This document shows positions 8,780-18,419 of a stretch of DNA of 64,000 nucleotides, in pieces. Each line of letters opens with the position of its first letter. Within the stretch, counting starts at the first letter, position 1. Under the pieces are notes generated by a model. That model was not told where the DNA came from. It ran no database searches and saw nothing but the letters and a program-made list of their open reading frames with translations. The position numbers and the translations under genes are program-made. Location: positions 73,294 to 137,293 of the forward strand of contig CAJKTW010000002.1 in the NCBI GenBank assembly GCA_905202925.1, read 5' to 3'. The stretch comes from an uncultured Collinsella sp. (GTDB lineage: Bacteria; Actinomycetota; Coriobacteriia; Coriobacteriales; Coriobacteriaceae).

Positions 8780-10555
8780 ATGGCCGTCTTGTTCACGACC
8801 CCCAAGCGCAATGACAAAACCTCTGGAGCCCATTTTGTCGAGCCCGACCTGCGCCGTTGCACGCTGCTCGCACACGGCAGCTGGCGCCGCGTGACGCGCC
8901 GCATCGTTGTAGGCGCCGTATGCGCGCTTACGGTAAGCTCGCTGCTCATGCCGAGCATCTCGCTCGCAGCCGAGTGGGTGGACGTTGGCGGCGTCCGCCA
9001 CGAAGCGGCCGCGGGCCCCACGGGAGACGCCGCCGGTACCTGGTCATGGGATGGCGCCGATGACATGAAGCTCAACGGCTATAACGGCGGCGCGATCGAG
9101 GCAGCGGGCAAGCTCAACGTGAGCTACGAGGGCAACAACACCGTCACTAACGACGACGGCCGCGGCATCAAGGTTAAGGATGGCGCGAACGAGAACGCCG
9201 AGCTTAATATTCAGGGCGACGCGTCTAGCACGCTCAACGTGACATCTTCTCGTGACGCCATCACTTCCGTCGGCAACATCAACATCGACGGCGCTGGCAC
9301 TGTCAACGCCACGAGCACCGAGCACGATGCCATCGATGCCGGGGGCGATGTCACCATCAAGAGCTCGGGAAACGTTAACGCCACGGGCGATTCGGATGGC
9401 ATCAGGGCCGACGGCAACATCACGATCGACAACAGCGGAACCGTCACCGCCAAGGCCACCGAGGATCAGGGTATCGATGCTAACGAGAACCTCATCATAA
9501 AGGGCGGCGGCAAGGTAGAGGCAAGCTCTATCGAGGACAATGCGATTTGGGCCGACGGCAGTATCGAGATCTCGGGTGGCAGCCAGGTCAAGGCAAGCTC
9601 CGAGGAAGACGCCGCCATCGACGGTAAAAACAGCCTCACGGTCACGAACGCTTCCCTCAACGCAGGTGGCGTTGGGTATGGCATCTATGTCTACAAGGGC
9701 ATCACGCTCGATGGCGCGACCGTGACGGTCCGCGCAAGCTCAGATGGCGGGGAAGTCAGCGCACTCTTCACCGATGAGGACGACATCGTCATCAAGAACG
9801 GCTCGACTGTGGATGCGCTCGCAGAAGGCAGGTTCTCGGTTGCAATCTCCACCAGTAATTTCTACTCCGGCGAAGCGGGTGGCCATATCTACATCAGCGA
9901 CTCCGTTGTCAAGGCCATAGCCCGCTATGCCGAGACCGGCGGCGACGGCCCCGACCACTACAGTGGAGACCAAAACGACGAAATCATCCCTGAGTCCGAG
10001 GGCCTGAACATCGGCATCTTCGCGCAGACCGAGAAGGGCATCACGCCCGCGACCATCTCGATCGTCCGCAGCAAGGTCACGGCCGAGGGAGACACGGCGG
10101 CTATCTTCGCCCTTGCCATGAGCGCGGACGGCAAGGCGATCGGCACCATCGAAATCAAGGACGCCATCATCCAGACGCCTGCAGGCGGCAAAGTCATTGA
10201 CTATCGCAACAAGGAAGAGCTCAGCGACGGCATCGTCTACGAGGCGGGGCAGACCATTGGCACGGGCGATGCCACGATTGACTCCCCCTATGACGCCGCT
10301 GTCGCCAAGAGCACGGTCATCGTGCCTCCCGAGGAGACCAAGCTCGAGGAAAAGCACGGCAAGACCAAGCCCGAGGGTTCCAAGTCCGAGGGCACGAAGA
10401 CAACCAAGACCGTTGCAGTTGCAGCCAAGGGAGCCAAGACCGTCGGCAAGCTCGCGGCAACCGGCGACACCTCGAACGCAGCCATCGTGGCAGCCGCCCT
10501 TGCGGGAACAGCCGCCATCGCCGCAGGCGCCCTGGCGAGTCGCAAACGTTCGTAA
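8780..10555 (+). CDS. LAXTG-anchored (class E sortase substrate) cell-wall surface protein with about 20-residue beta-helix-like repeats
   Basis: Start ATG 8780 after GGGAG. Signal-like segment RRVTRRIVVGAVCALTVSSLLMPSISLAA. Periodic repeats of GNINIDGAGTVNATS...AIDAGGDVTIK. C-terminus is LAATGDTS + hydrophobic + RKRS. Confidence 0.8.
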   Translation: MAVLFTTPKRNDKTSGAHFVEPDLRRCTLLAHGSWRRVTRRIVVGAVCALTVSSLLMPSISLAAEWVDVGGVRHEAAAGPTGDAAGTWSWDGADDMKLNGYNGGAIEAAGKLNVSYEGNNTVTNDDGRGIKVKDGANENAELNIQGDASSTLNVTSSRDAITSVGNINIDGAGTVNATSTEHDAIDAGGDVTIKSSGNVNATGDSDGIRADGNITIDNSGTVTAKATEDQGIDANENLIIKGGGKVEASSIEDNAIWADGSIEISGGSQVKASSEEDAAIDGKNSLTVTNASLNAGGVGYGIYVYKGITLDGATVTVRASSDGGEVSALFTDEDDIVIKNGSTVDALAEGRFSVAISTSNFYSGEAGGHIYISDSVVKAIARYAETGGDGPDHYSGDQNDEIIPESEGLNIGIFAQTEKGITPATISIVRSKVTAEGDTAAIFALAMSADGKAIGTIEIKDAIIQTPAGGKVIDYRNKEELSDGIVYEAGQTIGTGDATIDSPYDAAVAKSTVIVPPEETKLEEKHGKTKPEGSKSEGTKTTKTVAVAAKGAKTVGKLAATGDTSNAAIVAAALAGTAAIAAGALASRKRS

Positions 10556-10568
10556 ACACTTTTTCGCA

Positions 10569-10622
10569 CAGGACGGGTGGATCGCAGCCCTTGCCTTCCC
10601 CGTCTACTTCTTCGTAGCGTAA
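10569..10622 (+). pseudogene. Duplicated 3' fragment of the NCS2 permease gene (encodes WIAALAFPVYFFVA*) left by tandem duplication
   Basis: 10569..10690 is about 85% identical to 8518..8640, including the permease C-terminal codons and the terminator. Confidence 0.7.
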
Positions 10623-10647
10623 GGGCAAGGCTGCAAAAGCTGAACAA

Positions 10648-10690
10648 TAAAGCGCGGAGTCGCCATGCGGCCCCGCGCTTTTCTTTTAGC
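10648..10690 (+). terminator. Duplicated copy of the permease terminator, now terminating the first surface protein gene
   Basis: GCGCGGagtcgccatgcggCCCCGCGC followed by TTTTCTTTT. Confidence 0.65.
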
Positions 10691-10826
10691 GTCGGTCCCT
10701 GCGCCGGCGTGCGGCCTATTTCTCCCCCATTTTGGCCATTTTGCCCTCCAAACGGCACTACCGCCGGCAACATCCAGCAGATACGCTGAACCTAGCCGTA
10801 TAGGCCCTATGAGAACGGGAGCAACC

Positions 10827-12602
10827 ATGGCAGCCTTGTTCACGACCCCCAAACGCAATGACACTACCGCCGGAACCCATGTTGCCGAACCCGACGTTCG
10901 CCGTCGCATAGGACTCGCGCACGGCAGCTGGCGCCGCGTGACGCGCCGCATCGTCGTAGGCGCCGTGTGCGCGCTCACGGTGAGCTCGCTGCTCATGCCG
11001 AGCGTCTCGCTCGCGGCGGAATGGGTCAAGGTCGGCGAAACCAAATACAACGCCGGCACTGCGGCGGGCGACGAGACCGGCACCTGGTCGTGGGACGGCG
11101 CCGACGACTTGAAGCTCAACAACTATAACGGCGGCGAGATCCAGGCCGCAGGCAAGCTCAACGTGAATTACTCGGGAAACAACATCGTCACTGCCGACTG
11201 GATCGAAGGCATCAAGGCTTCTCATGGCAAGAATGAGAACGCCGAGCTCAATATCCAAGGCGACGCGGGCAGCACGCTCAGCGTGACATCTACTGAGGAC
11301 GCTATCCTCTCCACGGGTAATATCAACATCGACGGAGCCGGATCCGTCAACGCCACGAGCGCTGGGTTTGATGCCATCGACGCCGAGGGCGATCTCGCTA
11401 TCAAAGGTTCGGGCAACGTCAACGCCACGGGCGTATCGGATGGCATCAGGGCAAACGGCAATATCACGATTGACGACAGCGGGGCCGTCACCGCCAGGGC
11501 TACCAAGGACAAGGGTATCGGAACCGACAAGAACCTCACCATCAAGGGTGGCGGCACAGTCGAGGCAAGCTCAGCCGATGGTGAGGCCATTTGGAGCGGC
11601 GGCAACATCAATATCTCGGACGGCAGCCAGGTCAAGGCGAGCTCCGAGAAAGACGCCGCCGTCGAGGCCAAGGGCAGCCTCGCAGCCACAAACGCCTCCC
11701 TCAACGCAAACGGTGTTGAATATGGCGTCTATGCCCACAAGGGCATCACACTCGATCATGCAAACGTGACAGTCCGCGCAAGTAAAGGCAGATACGGTGA
11801 CGCCATTGCCCTCTTCACCTACCAAGACGATATCGTCGTCAAGAACGGCTCCACCGTGGACGCGTTTGCGGAAGGCGAGGTTTCGGCTGCATTCTCCACC
11901 AGAAACGATCGACCCAACGAGGAGGGTGGCCACATCTACATCAGCGACTCCGTTGTCAAGGCCATAGCCCGCTATGTCGAGAACGGCGACGGCCCCACCC
12001 CCTACAGCGAAAACCAAGATGGCGAGACGAGCCCCGAGCCCCAAGGCGAGAACATCGGCATCATCGCCCAGACCGGCGAGGGCGTCACACCCGCAGTCAT
12101 CTCGATCATCCGCAGCAAGGTAACGGCCGAAGGAGATACAGCGGCAATCTTTGCCCGTGCCATGAGCGCTGACGGCAAGACAATCGGCACCATCAAGATT
12201 GAGAACGCCGCCATCCAGACGCCCGAAGGCGGCAAGGTCATTGACTGTCGCAAGCTCCGTAACGGCATCTACGAGGCAGGCCAAGCCATCGGCACGGGCG
12301 ACGCTGTGATCGACTCCCCCTATAACGAAGCTGTCGCCAAGAGCATGGTCATCGCACCTCCCGAGGTAGCCAAGCCGGAAGACCCCAAGCCCGACGAGAC
12401 CAAGCCCGCGGAGTCCAAGCAGGACCCCAAGCCCGAGGGCGCAAAGACGACCAAGACCGTTGCGGTTGCAACCACGAAGGCCAAGGCCACCGGCGTGCTC
12501 GCGGCAACCGGCGACACCTCGGGTGCGGCCATCGTGGCAACCGTCCTTGCGGGAACAGCCGCTATCGCCGCAGGCACCATGGCGAGCCGCAAACGCTCGT
12601 AG
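10827..12602 (+). CDS. LAXTG-anchored surface protein, tandem paralog of the gene at 8780..10555
   Basis: Same architecture and about 75 to 85% identity. C-terminus VLAATGDTSGAAIVATVLAGTAAIAAGTMASRKRS. Start ATG 10827 after GGGAG. Confidence 0.8.
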   Translation: MAALFTTPKRNDTTAGTHVAEPDVRRRIGLAHGSWRRVTRRIVVGAVCALTVSSLLMPSVSLAAEWVKVGETKYNAGTAAGDETGTWSWDGADDLKLNNYNGGEIQAAGKLNVNYSGNNIVTADWIEGIKASHGKNENAELNIQGDAGSTLSVTSTEDAILSTGNINIDGAGSVNATSAGFDAIDAEGDLAIKGSGNVNATGVSDGIRANGNITIDDSGAVTARATKDKGIGTDKNLTIKGGGTVEASSADGEAIWSGGNINISDGSQVKASSEKDAAVEAKGSLAATNASLNANGVEYGVYAHKGITLDHANVTVRASKGRYGDAIALFTYQDDIVVKNGSTVDAFAEGEVSAAFSTRNDRPNEEGGHIYISDSVVKAIARYVENGDGPTPYSENQDGETSPEPQGENIGIIAQTGEGVTPAVISIIRSKVTAEGDTAAIFARAMSADGKTIGTIKIENAAIQTPEGGKVIDCRKLRNGIYEAGQAIGTGDAVIDSPYNEAVAKSMVIAPPEVAKPEDPKPDETKPAESKQDPKPEGAKTTKTVAVATTKAKATGVLAATGDTSGAAIVATVLAGTAAIAAGTMASRKRS

Positions 12603-12661
12603 ACGCCTCTGCGCACATGGCAGCTCCCGCGAAGGCCCCGAGTCCCAGCACCGTTTAACAA

Positions 12662-12705
12662 CGCCACCGCCGAGCTCCCCTCCGGCGGTGGCGTTTTCCA
12701 TATGC
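12662..12705 (+). terminator. Rho-independent terminator
   Basis: GCCACCGCCGgagctcccctCCGGCGGTGGC followed by GTTTTCC. Confidence 0.7.
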
Positions 12706-12809
12706 GTCCGCAGGGTATGCACGAGATTGTCTTTTGTCTAGCCCAACCTGCATGAGCCGGCGTGCGACAATGGGGGCCGTCGATATCACAACGTCGAGAG
12801 AAGCCCGTC

Positions 12810-13475
12810 ATGGAAGCGCATCAAAAGCAGATAACCGTTCATGCACAGCATGCCGAAAGCGCACCAGTCATCTATCTTCCCGTGGTCATGGGCGACGGCG
12901 CGGAGGTTTATGAACGCTGCCGAGAGCTCAACTGCCCGCCCTTCACGCTTGTCGGCATTGGCAGCCTCAACTGGAATCGCGAGCTGAGCCCCTGGGGATG
13001 CGACGGAACCGTGCGCGATGCCGAGCCCTTTGGCGGTCAGGCTTCCGGATTTCTCGATGAGCTGTTGAACTGGATAATCCCAGAGGCCGAGTCGTCGCTT
13101 CCTCAGCCGCCCACCTGGCGCGGCATTGCCGGCTACTCGCTCGCGGGCCTCTTCGCGCTCTGGTCCCTCTGGCAAACCGACGCCTTTAGCCGCGCCGCAA
13201 GCGCATCGGGGTCGTTGTGGTTTCCCGACTTTGTCGATCGCGCCAGCACGGCCCCTTTTGCCGGCAACCCGCAGGCCGTCTATCTGTCACTCGGCAAAAA
13301 GGAGACCAAGACACCCAACCGCATGATGCGGCATGTACTCGACGACACACGCGCGATGGAAGCGTTGCTCGTCGCGCGCGGCATTCCAACAACGCTGGAG
13401 CTCAACCCCGGCAATCACTTTGCCCAAACCGATCTGCGCATGGCACGTGGCATCCACTGGATATTGACGCATTAA
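12810..13475 (+). CDS. Alpha/beta-hydrolase family esterase
   Basis: GYSLAG (GxSxG) nucleophile elbow, esterase-like. Start MEAHQKQ after GAGAGAAG. Confidence 0.65.
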   Translation: MEAHQKQITVHAQHAESAPVIYLPVVMGDGAEVYERCRELNCPPFTLVGIGSLNWNRELSPWGCDGTVRDAEPFGGQASGFLDELLNWIIPEAESSLPQPPTWRGIAGYSLAGLFALWSLWQTDAFSRAASASGSLWFPDFVDRASTAPFAGNPQAVYLSLGKKETKTPNRMMRHVLDDTRAMEALLVARGIPTTLELNPGNHFAQTDLRMARGIHWILTH

Positions 13476-13479
13476 AAAT

Positions 13480-13520
13480 GACGCCCGCGCGTACGCATGG
13501 GCGCCATTTTTTGATTCAGC
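13480..13520. terminator. Bidirectional terminator between convergent esterase and uraA genes
   Basis: AATGACGCCCgcgcgtacgcatGGGCGCCATTTTTTGA. Confidence 0.6.
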
Positions 13521-13532
13521 TGGACGCAGTTG

Positions 13533-14867
13533 TTACTCAGCAGCCTCCTCAAGCTCGGAGACATCAAACTCAAAGTCGTTACCCGGTAGGATGGCATTGA
13601 GCACAATGCCCACCAGCGAACCCACGGCAAGACCCGAAAGCGAAATCGTCACGCCGCCCAGCTCCAACACGATGGCACCGGCGGTGCTGTACGCAATGCC
13701 GAGCGAGAGCACGAGCACCAGAGCTGCCACCAGCACGTTGCGGTTGTTCTGGAAATCGACCTGGTTTTCGATGAGGTTGCGGACGCCCACAGCGCTGATC
13801 ATGCCGTAGAGCACGAGCGACACGCCGCCGATAACGCATGCCGGCATGGCGGCGATGACCGCGGCGAACTTGGGGCAGAACGAAAGCACGATGGCGCAGC
13901 ACGCGGCAATGCGGATCACGCGCGGGTCGAACACGCGCGTCAGGGCGAGCACGCCGGTGTTCTCGCCATAGGTGGTGTTGGCCGGAGCGCCAAAGAGCGA
14001 AGCCAGGATCGTGGCAAGGCCGTCGCCGAGCAGCGTGCGATGCAGACCGGGATCGGCGATGTAGTTACGCTCGCAAGTGGAGCCGATAGCCGAGATATCA
14101 CCGATATGCTCGATCATGGTCGCAAAGGCCAGCGGCATGATGGTAATGATGGCCGTCGTGGCAAGGCCGCTATCGAACTGCGGGCCAAAGAGCGCAAACA
14201 CGGTGTTGTCCCACACGATGGGCAAGCCAACCCAGGGAGCGGCTGCGACGCCAGAGAAGTCGACCTCGCCCAGCGCAGCCGCAACGGCATAGCTCACCAC
14301 AACGCCCAGCAGAATCGGCACGATCTTGACCATGCCGCGGCCCCAGATGTTGCAGATGACGATAACGGCAACGGCAATGACAGCCACAAGCCAGTTGGTC
14401 TGGCAGTTAGTAATAGCGGAACTTGCCAGGATCAAGCCGATGGAAATGACGATGGGACCAGTCACCACCGGCGGAAAGAAGCGCATGATGCGCTTGGCGC
14501 CAAACGCGCGGAACAGGGCCGCCAGCACCGGATAGAGCAGGCCGGCGCAGGCTACACCCAGGCAGGCGTAGGGCAAAAGCTCGGCCTCGCCGTTGGGCGC
14601 GATTGCGGCATAACCGGCAATAAAGGCAAACGACGAGCCCAAGAAGGCCGGCACCTTACCGCGCGACAGGAAGTGGAACAGCAGCGTGCCCAAGCCGGCA
14701 AACAAAAGCGTTGCCGAAACCGAGAGACCGGTGAGCACGGGCACCAGCACCGTGGCACCAAACATGGCAAACAGGTGCTGTAGGCCGAGCAAAAACATGC
14801 GCGGGCGGCCGAGCGACGATGCGTCGTAGATGGCATCGGTGACGGCGGGCGTCGAAGACTGGGACAT
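13533..14867 (-). CDS. uraA: NCS2-family uracil permease
   Basis: LLGLQHLFAMFGATVLVPVLTGL and GSSFAFI motifs. Start at MSQSST (14867) after AAAGGA; the upstream track extension is not supported. Confidence 0.8.
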   Translation of the reverse strand: MSQSSTPAVTDAIYDASSLGRPRMFLLGLQHLFAMFGATVLVPVLTGLSVSATLLFAGLGTLLFHFLSRGKVPAFLGSSFAFIAGYAAIAPNGEAELLPYACLGVACAGLLYPVLAALFRAFGAKRIMRFFPPVVTGPIVISIGLILASSAITNCQTNWLVAVIAVAVIVICNIWGRGMVKIVPILLGVVVSYAVAAALGEVDFSGVAAAPWVGLPIVWDNTVFALFGPQFDSGLATTAIITIMPLAFATMIEHIGDISAIGSTCERNYIADPGLHRTLLGDGLATILASLFGAPANTTYGENTGVLALTRVFDPRVIRIAACCAIVLSFCPKFAAVIAAMPACVIGGVSLVLYGMISAVGVRNLIENQVDFQNNRNVLVAALVLVLSLGIAYSTAGAIVLELGGVTISLSGLAVGSLVGIVLNAILPGNDFEFDVSELEEAAE

Positions 14868-14989
14868 GGATGTCCTTTCGAATGGAAGGGCGATCGGGCA
14901 TATCGGATAACCTGCCCGAACGATACGATCCGAACCATTGTACGCGATGCACCATGTCTCGCACGCGCCGTCACCTGCAAACGTTACCG

Positions 14990-16123
14990 CTATTTCCAAA
15001 CGCGCTCGGCAACGCGCTTGACCAGCGCGATCTTTGCCCATTGCTCATCCTCGGTCAGCTTGTTGCCAATCTCGCAGCTGGCAAAGCCGCACTGGGGCGA
15101 CAGATACAGGTTCTCGAGCGGAACATACTTTGCAGCCTCGTGAATGCGTTCGACGATGGCATCCTCGTCCTCAAGCTCAGCGGCCTTGGTGGTCACCAGG
15201 CCCAACACGACCTTCTTGCCGGGGGCAACGTACTTGAGCGGCTCAAAGCCACCGGCACGCGGCGTATCGAACTCAAGGTAGAACGCATCGACGTTCTCGT
15301 GTGCGAACAGGTACGGCGCGATGGGGTCATAGCCGCCCTCGAAGGCATAGGTGGAGTGGTAATTGCCGCGGCATACGTGCGTGTTGATAACCAAATCGTC
15401 GGGCTTGCCCGCGATGGCGGCATTGTTGAGCGCCACGCCCAGCTCGGACACCTTTTGCAGGTCGACCGGGCTCATACCAGTCTTTGCCACAAAGTCGGTA
15501 TCGCAATAGATGCCCCAGGTGCAGTCATCAAATTGAATGTTGCGGCAGCCTGCGGCATACAGGTCGGCAATCACGGTGCGGTATGCCGCGGCGATAGCGT
15601 CGGCGAGCTCTTCGTCGATCTTATAGACAGCGCGCAGGCTCTCCTGCTGGCCATCGCAGCGGTCGAGCGTAACTTCGGAGAACGTCTGAATCGGCGCCGG
15701 GATGGTCTGGCGTGCAACGTGGCCCTCGCCCTCAAGTGCCTTGACAAACTTAAAGTGCTCGACAAACGGATGATTCTCGCCGCAAATGGGACCGGTTACC
15801 ACGGCGGTATCGGCGGTGGTCTCCTCATCGTGGAACATATAGCCCGTACGCGAGGTGCGACGCTCGACGCCGTTCAGCCCCCACATAAAATCGAGGTGCC
15901 AGTAGCTGCGGCGGAACTCGCCATCGGTGATGACCTGCAGGCCGGCGGCCTTTTGCTTTGCCACCAAATCGCGAATGGCATCGTCCTCGACGGCCTTAAG
16001 CTCCTCGGCATCAAGCGTGCCTGCCGCATAGGCAGCGCGGGCATCCTTTACGGTCTGCGGACGAAGAAAGCTGCCGACGATATCAGCGCGAAACGGCGCG
16101 TTCGGTTGAATTGAAGTGCTCAT
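14990..16123 (-). CDS. Cobalamin-independent methionine synthase II family protein (MetE C-terminal-domain-like, YxjG/YxjH-like)
   Basis: MetE_C-type motifs and zinc ligands (H..C..E..C). Start MSTSIQ at 16123 after AAGGGAG. Confidence 0.7.
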   Translation of the reverse strand: MSTSIQPNAPFRADIVGSFLRPQTVKDARAAYAAGTLDAEELKAVEDDAIRDLVAKQKAAGLQVITDGEFRRSYWHLDFMWGLNGVERRTSRTGYMFHDEETTADTAVVTGPICGENHPFVEHFKFVKALEGEGHVARQTIPAPIQTFSEVTLDRCDGQQESLRAVYKIDEELADAIAAAYRTVIADLYAAGCRNIQFDDCTWGIYCDTDFVAKTGMSPVDLQKVSELGVALNNAAIAGKPDDLVINTHVCRGNYHSTYAFEGGYDPIAPYLFAHENVDAFYLEFDTPRAGGFEPLKYVAPGKKVVLGLVTTKAAELEDEDAIVERIHEAAKYVPLENLYLSPQCGFASCEIGNKLTEDEQWAKIALVKRVAERVWK

Positions 16124-16163
16124 AGATATCTCCCTTTGCATTGGTTGCTTTACTGGGACAGAG

Positions 16164-16177
16164 TATGAGCGCTCATA
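16164..16177. promoter_or_regulatory. Perfect palindrome TATGAGCGCTCATA upstream of the metE-like gene (candidate LysR-type operator)
   Basis: Read directly; lies between the LysR gene and the metE-like gene. Confidence 0.35.
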
Positions 16178-16278
16178 TGGCCATCGTAAAATATACGTTT
16201 ACAACAGTTTGATATAGATAGTTCCTATATCAGTCTGGACTGCCGTAAAGAAATTTGACCCGCGCGGAGCACAGCAGC

Positions 16279-17175
16279 CTAGATATGCTGACGGATCGCG
16301 TCGATATAGGCTTGGCCGTAGCGCGTGAGCGTCGTATTTTTGCGCGTGATGATGCCGATCTCCATGTACTCGTCTACATCGAGCGGAATCGAAATGATGC
16401 CGGGACCGTTAAGTTCGTGGCTGATCACGCCCGAACACACCGTGTAGCCGTTGAGTCCCATGGCCAGGTTGAACAGCGTCGCACGGTCGCGCACGCGGAT
16501 ATTCTTGCGGCGCTCAAAGGTCGAGGTCAGCTCCTCGGAATAGTAAAACGAGTTATAGCTGCCCTGCTCATAGGACAAGAATGGGTAGTCCTCGAGGTCT
16601 TCGAGCGTCACACTGGAGCGGTCAGCCAACGGGTGGTCGGCACACACAAAAACGTGCGGCGTGGCGCAGAAGAGCCCTTCGAACACGAGCTCGTTGGCCG
16701 CCAGCATGCGCTCGATGACCTCGCGATTGTGCTCCGACAGATACAGGATGCCGAGCTCGCTTTTCATGTGCGCGACGTCCTCGATAATCTCGTGGGTTTG
16801 CTCCTCGCGCAGGGTAAAGTCGTAGCGCGCGGCATCGAACTCGCGGATCACGTCAACAAACGCGTTAACGGCAAAGGAATAATGCTGACAGCTCACACTA
16901 AAGTGCGGCACCTGCTCGGATGCGCCCTTGTACTTGCCCTCGAGCAGGTCGGCCTGGTCGAGTACCTGGCGCGCGTAGCCCAAGAAGGTCTCGCCTTCCT
17001 CGGACACAATGACGCCCTTGTTGGTGCGCTCAAAGATGCGCACGCCCATCTCGTTTTCGAGGTCGCGAATCGACGCGGTAATCGAAGGCTGCGACACAAA
17101 GAGTCGGCGCGAGGCCTCGGTGATGCTACCGCATTCGGCAACCTTGACAACATACCTGAGCTGCTGAAGCTTCAT
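16279..17175 (-). CDS. LysR-family transcriptional regulator
   Basis: MKLQQLRYVVKVAECGSITEASRRLFVSQPSITASIRDLE HTH followed by a LysR substrate domain. Confidence 0.85.
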   Translation of the reverse strand: MKLQQLRYVVKVAECGSITEASRRLFVSQPSITASIRDLENEMGVRIFERTNKGVIVSEEGETFLGYARQVLDQADLLEGKYKGASEQVPHFSVSCQHYSFAVNAFVDVIREFDAARYDFTLREEQTHEIIEDVAHMKSELGILYLSEHNREVIERMLAANELVFEGLFCATPHVFVCADHPLADRSSVTLEDLEDYPFLSYEQGSYNSFYYSEELTSTFERRKNIRVRDRATLFNLAMGLNGYTVCSGVISHELNGPGIISIPLDVDEYMEIGIITRKNTTLTRYGQAYIDAIRQHI

Positions 17176-17185
17176 GACTTTCTCC

Positions 17186-18094
17186 CTAGACGTTCACGGC
17201 GCCAAGACCCGCCGCGTCCATCTGGCGCATAAACGACGGCATCTCCCCCGTCGCGGCGCAGGCGGCAATCTGATGCAGAGCCCCGGCGACCGCATCATCT
17301 GCCGCAGCGCCAATATGCCAGCGCGCCGCCGCCGTAACGGCCTCGTTGGCATTGGCGACTGCAACGGAGTTGGGAACGGCATCGATCATGGGCAGGTCGT
17401 TATCGGAATCGCCAAATACGGCCACCTCGTCGGGCGTCAGGCCCAAAGCGCGCGCCAGCTCCAGCGCAGCACAGCCCTTGTCCCAACCGGCCGGAAGGAT
17501 GTCGAACAGGCGCACTCGGTTGTTGGGAAACACAAGCGAGAGTTCCGGCACCTCGGCGGCAACGCGCTCGCGTAGCTCCGCGAGCTCCTCACGCGAACGG
17601 GCACTCCAGATATTCGCCTTAAACACCGGCGCGTCATCGACAACGGGACGACACGGGGCCTCTTCGCCTTTGAGCCACGCATTGCCGCCTGATTCCATGG
17701 CGCGGCGCACGCGCTCGGCATCACGTGTCACGCAATAGGCATCGTTATCCCAAAAGTCATCACCTAAGCTGTAGACCTTCAGATAGGTATCGTCGGTTTC
17801 TTCTTCCAGATAGGCGGCTAAACGCATTAGTGCGTCGCTATCGGTCGCACGCGAGGCGACCGCCTCGCCGTCGACAAACATGACCTGGCCGTTACAGAAT
17901 GCGCCGGTCGAATAGCACTCGGAACGATTTTTAAACATCCAGCCCATCGCAGACGGCTGACGACCCGAAACCGGCCCAAAGTGCAGGCCCGCCGCCTGCA
18001 TGGCATGAATGCCCTCGATGGCATAATCGCTGGCGCCGTTGCGCCCGGCCGGAATCAGCGTATCGTCCATATCGGTCAGCACAAGTTTAATCAT
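17186..18094 (-). CDS. HAD-superfamily hydrolase, Cof-type (HAD-IIB)
   Basis: DMDDTL motif I, the Cof-like cap region, and GDSDND motif. Confidence 0.75.
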   Translation of the reverse strand: MIKLVLTDMDDTLIPAGRNGASDYAIEGIHAMQAAGLHFGPVSGRQPSAMGWMFKNRSECYSTGAFCNGQVMFVDGEAVASRATDSDALMRLAAYLEEETDDTYLKVYSLGDDFWDNDAYCVTRDAERVRRAMESGGNAWLKGEEAPCRPVVDDAPVFKANIWSARSREELAELRERVAAEVPELSLVFPNNRVRLFDILPAGWDKGCAALELARALGLTPDEVAVFGDSDNDLPMIDAVPNSVAVANANEAVTAAARWHIGAAADDAVAGALHQIAACAATGEMPSFMRQMDAAGLGAVNV

Positions 18095-18134
18095 AAGGTC
18101 CCCTCGGTCATTCTTAATCCCGTCTATTGTACCG

Positions 18135-18169
18135 ACCTGCCAAAAAGAGACAGGTTTATATTGGCAGGT
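18135..18169. repeat. 35 bp palindromic repeat element, copy 1 (inverted relative to copies 2 and 3)
   Basis: ACCTGCCAAAAAGAGACAGGTTTATATTGGCAGGT is the reverse complement of copy 2 with 2 mismatches. Confidence 0.8.
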
Positions 18170-18201
18170 TTTATCTGGGAAAACGCAAAGCCCCAGTTGT
18201 T

Positions 18202-18236
18202 ACCTGCCAAAATAAACCTGTCCCTTTTTGGCAGGT
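18202..18236. repeat. 35 bp palindromic repeat element, copy 2
   Basis: ACCTGCCAAAATAAACCTGTCCCTTTTTGGCAGGT is identical to the copy at 38907..38941. Confidence 0.8.
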
Positions 18237-18254
18237 GCGCTAGTATAGGGAACA

Positions 18255-18399
18255 ACAGATTCGATGCGGGAGTGCCGGCGGTGCAAACCACAAGGCTGAG
18301 AGGGCATGGGGCCCAATCCTTTGAACCTGTCAGTTAATGCTGGCGTAGGGAGCATGCCGCCTTTGCAGGGGCGCTGTCTATGCACAGCGCCCCTTTTCT
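18255..18399 (+). ncRNA. TPP (THI-box) riboswitch with intrinsic-terminator expression platform, upstream of thiM
   Basis: GGGAGTGCC...GCTGAGAGGG...AACCTGTCAGTTAATGCTGGCGTAGGGA matches the THI element core including CUGAGA. It is followed by GGGGCGCTGTctatgcACAGCGCCCC and TTTTCT. Confidence 0.85.
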
Positions 18400-18419
18400 A
18401 TGCCAAGGAGGCATGTGCA

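Noticed and set aside
9740-12722. 205 aa and 383 aa minus-strand ORFs inside the two LAXTG surface protein genes
   Set aside because: Antisense frames of repeat-rich GC-biased genes; Gly/Asp/Ala low complexity; no starts with RBS.
14040-14783. 247 aa + strand ORF
   Set aside because: Antisense of the uracil permease gene; His/Gln/Arg/Gly-rich low complexity.
16124-16278. SAM riboswitch upstream of the metE-like gene
   Set aside because: Leader is AT-rich without the SAM-I kink-turn or anti-terminator elements; only a 14 bp palindrome is seen, and this is more consistent with LysR-type control.
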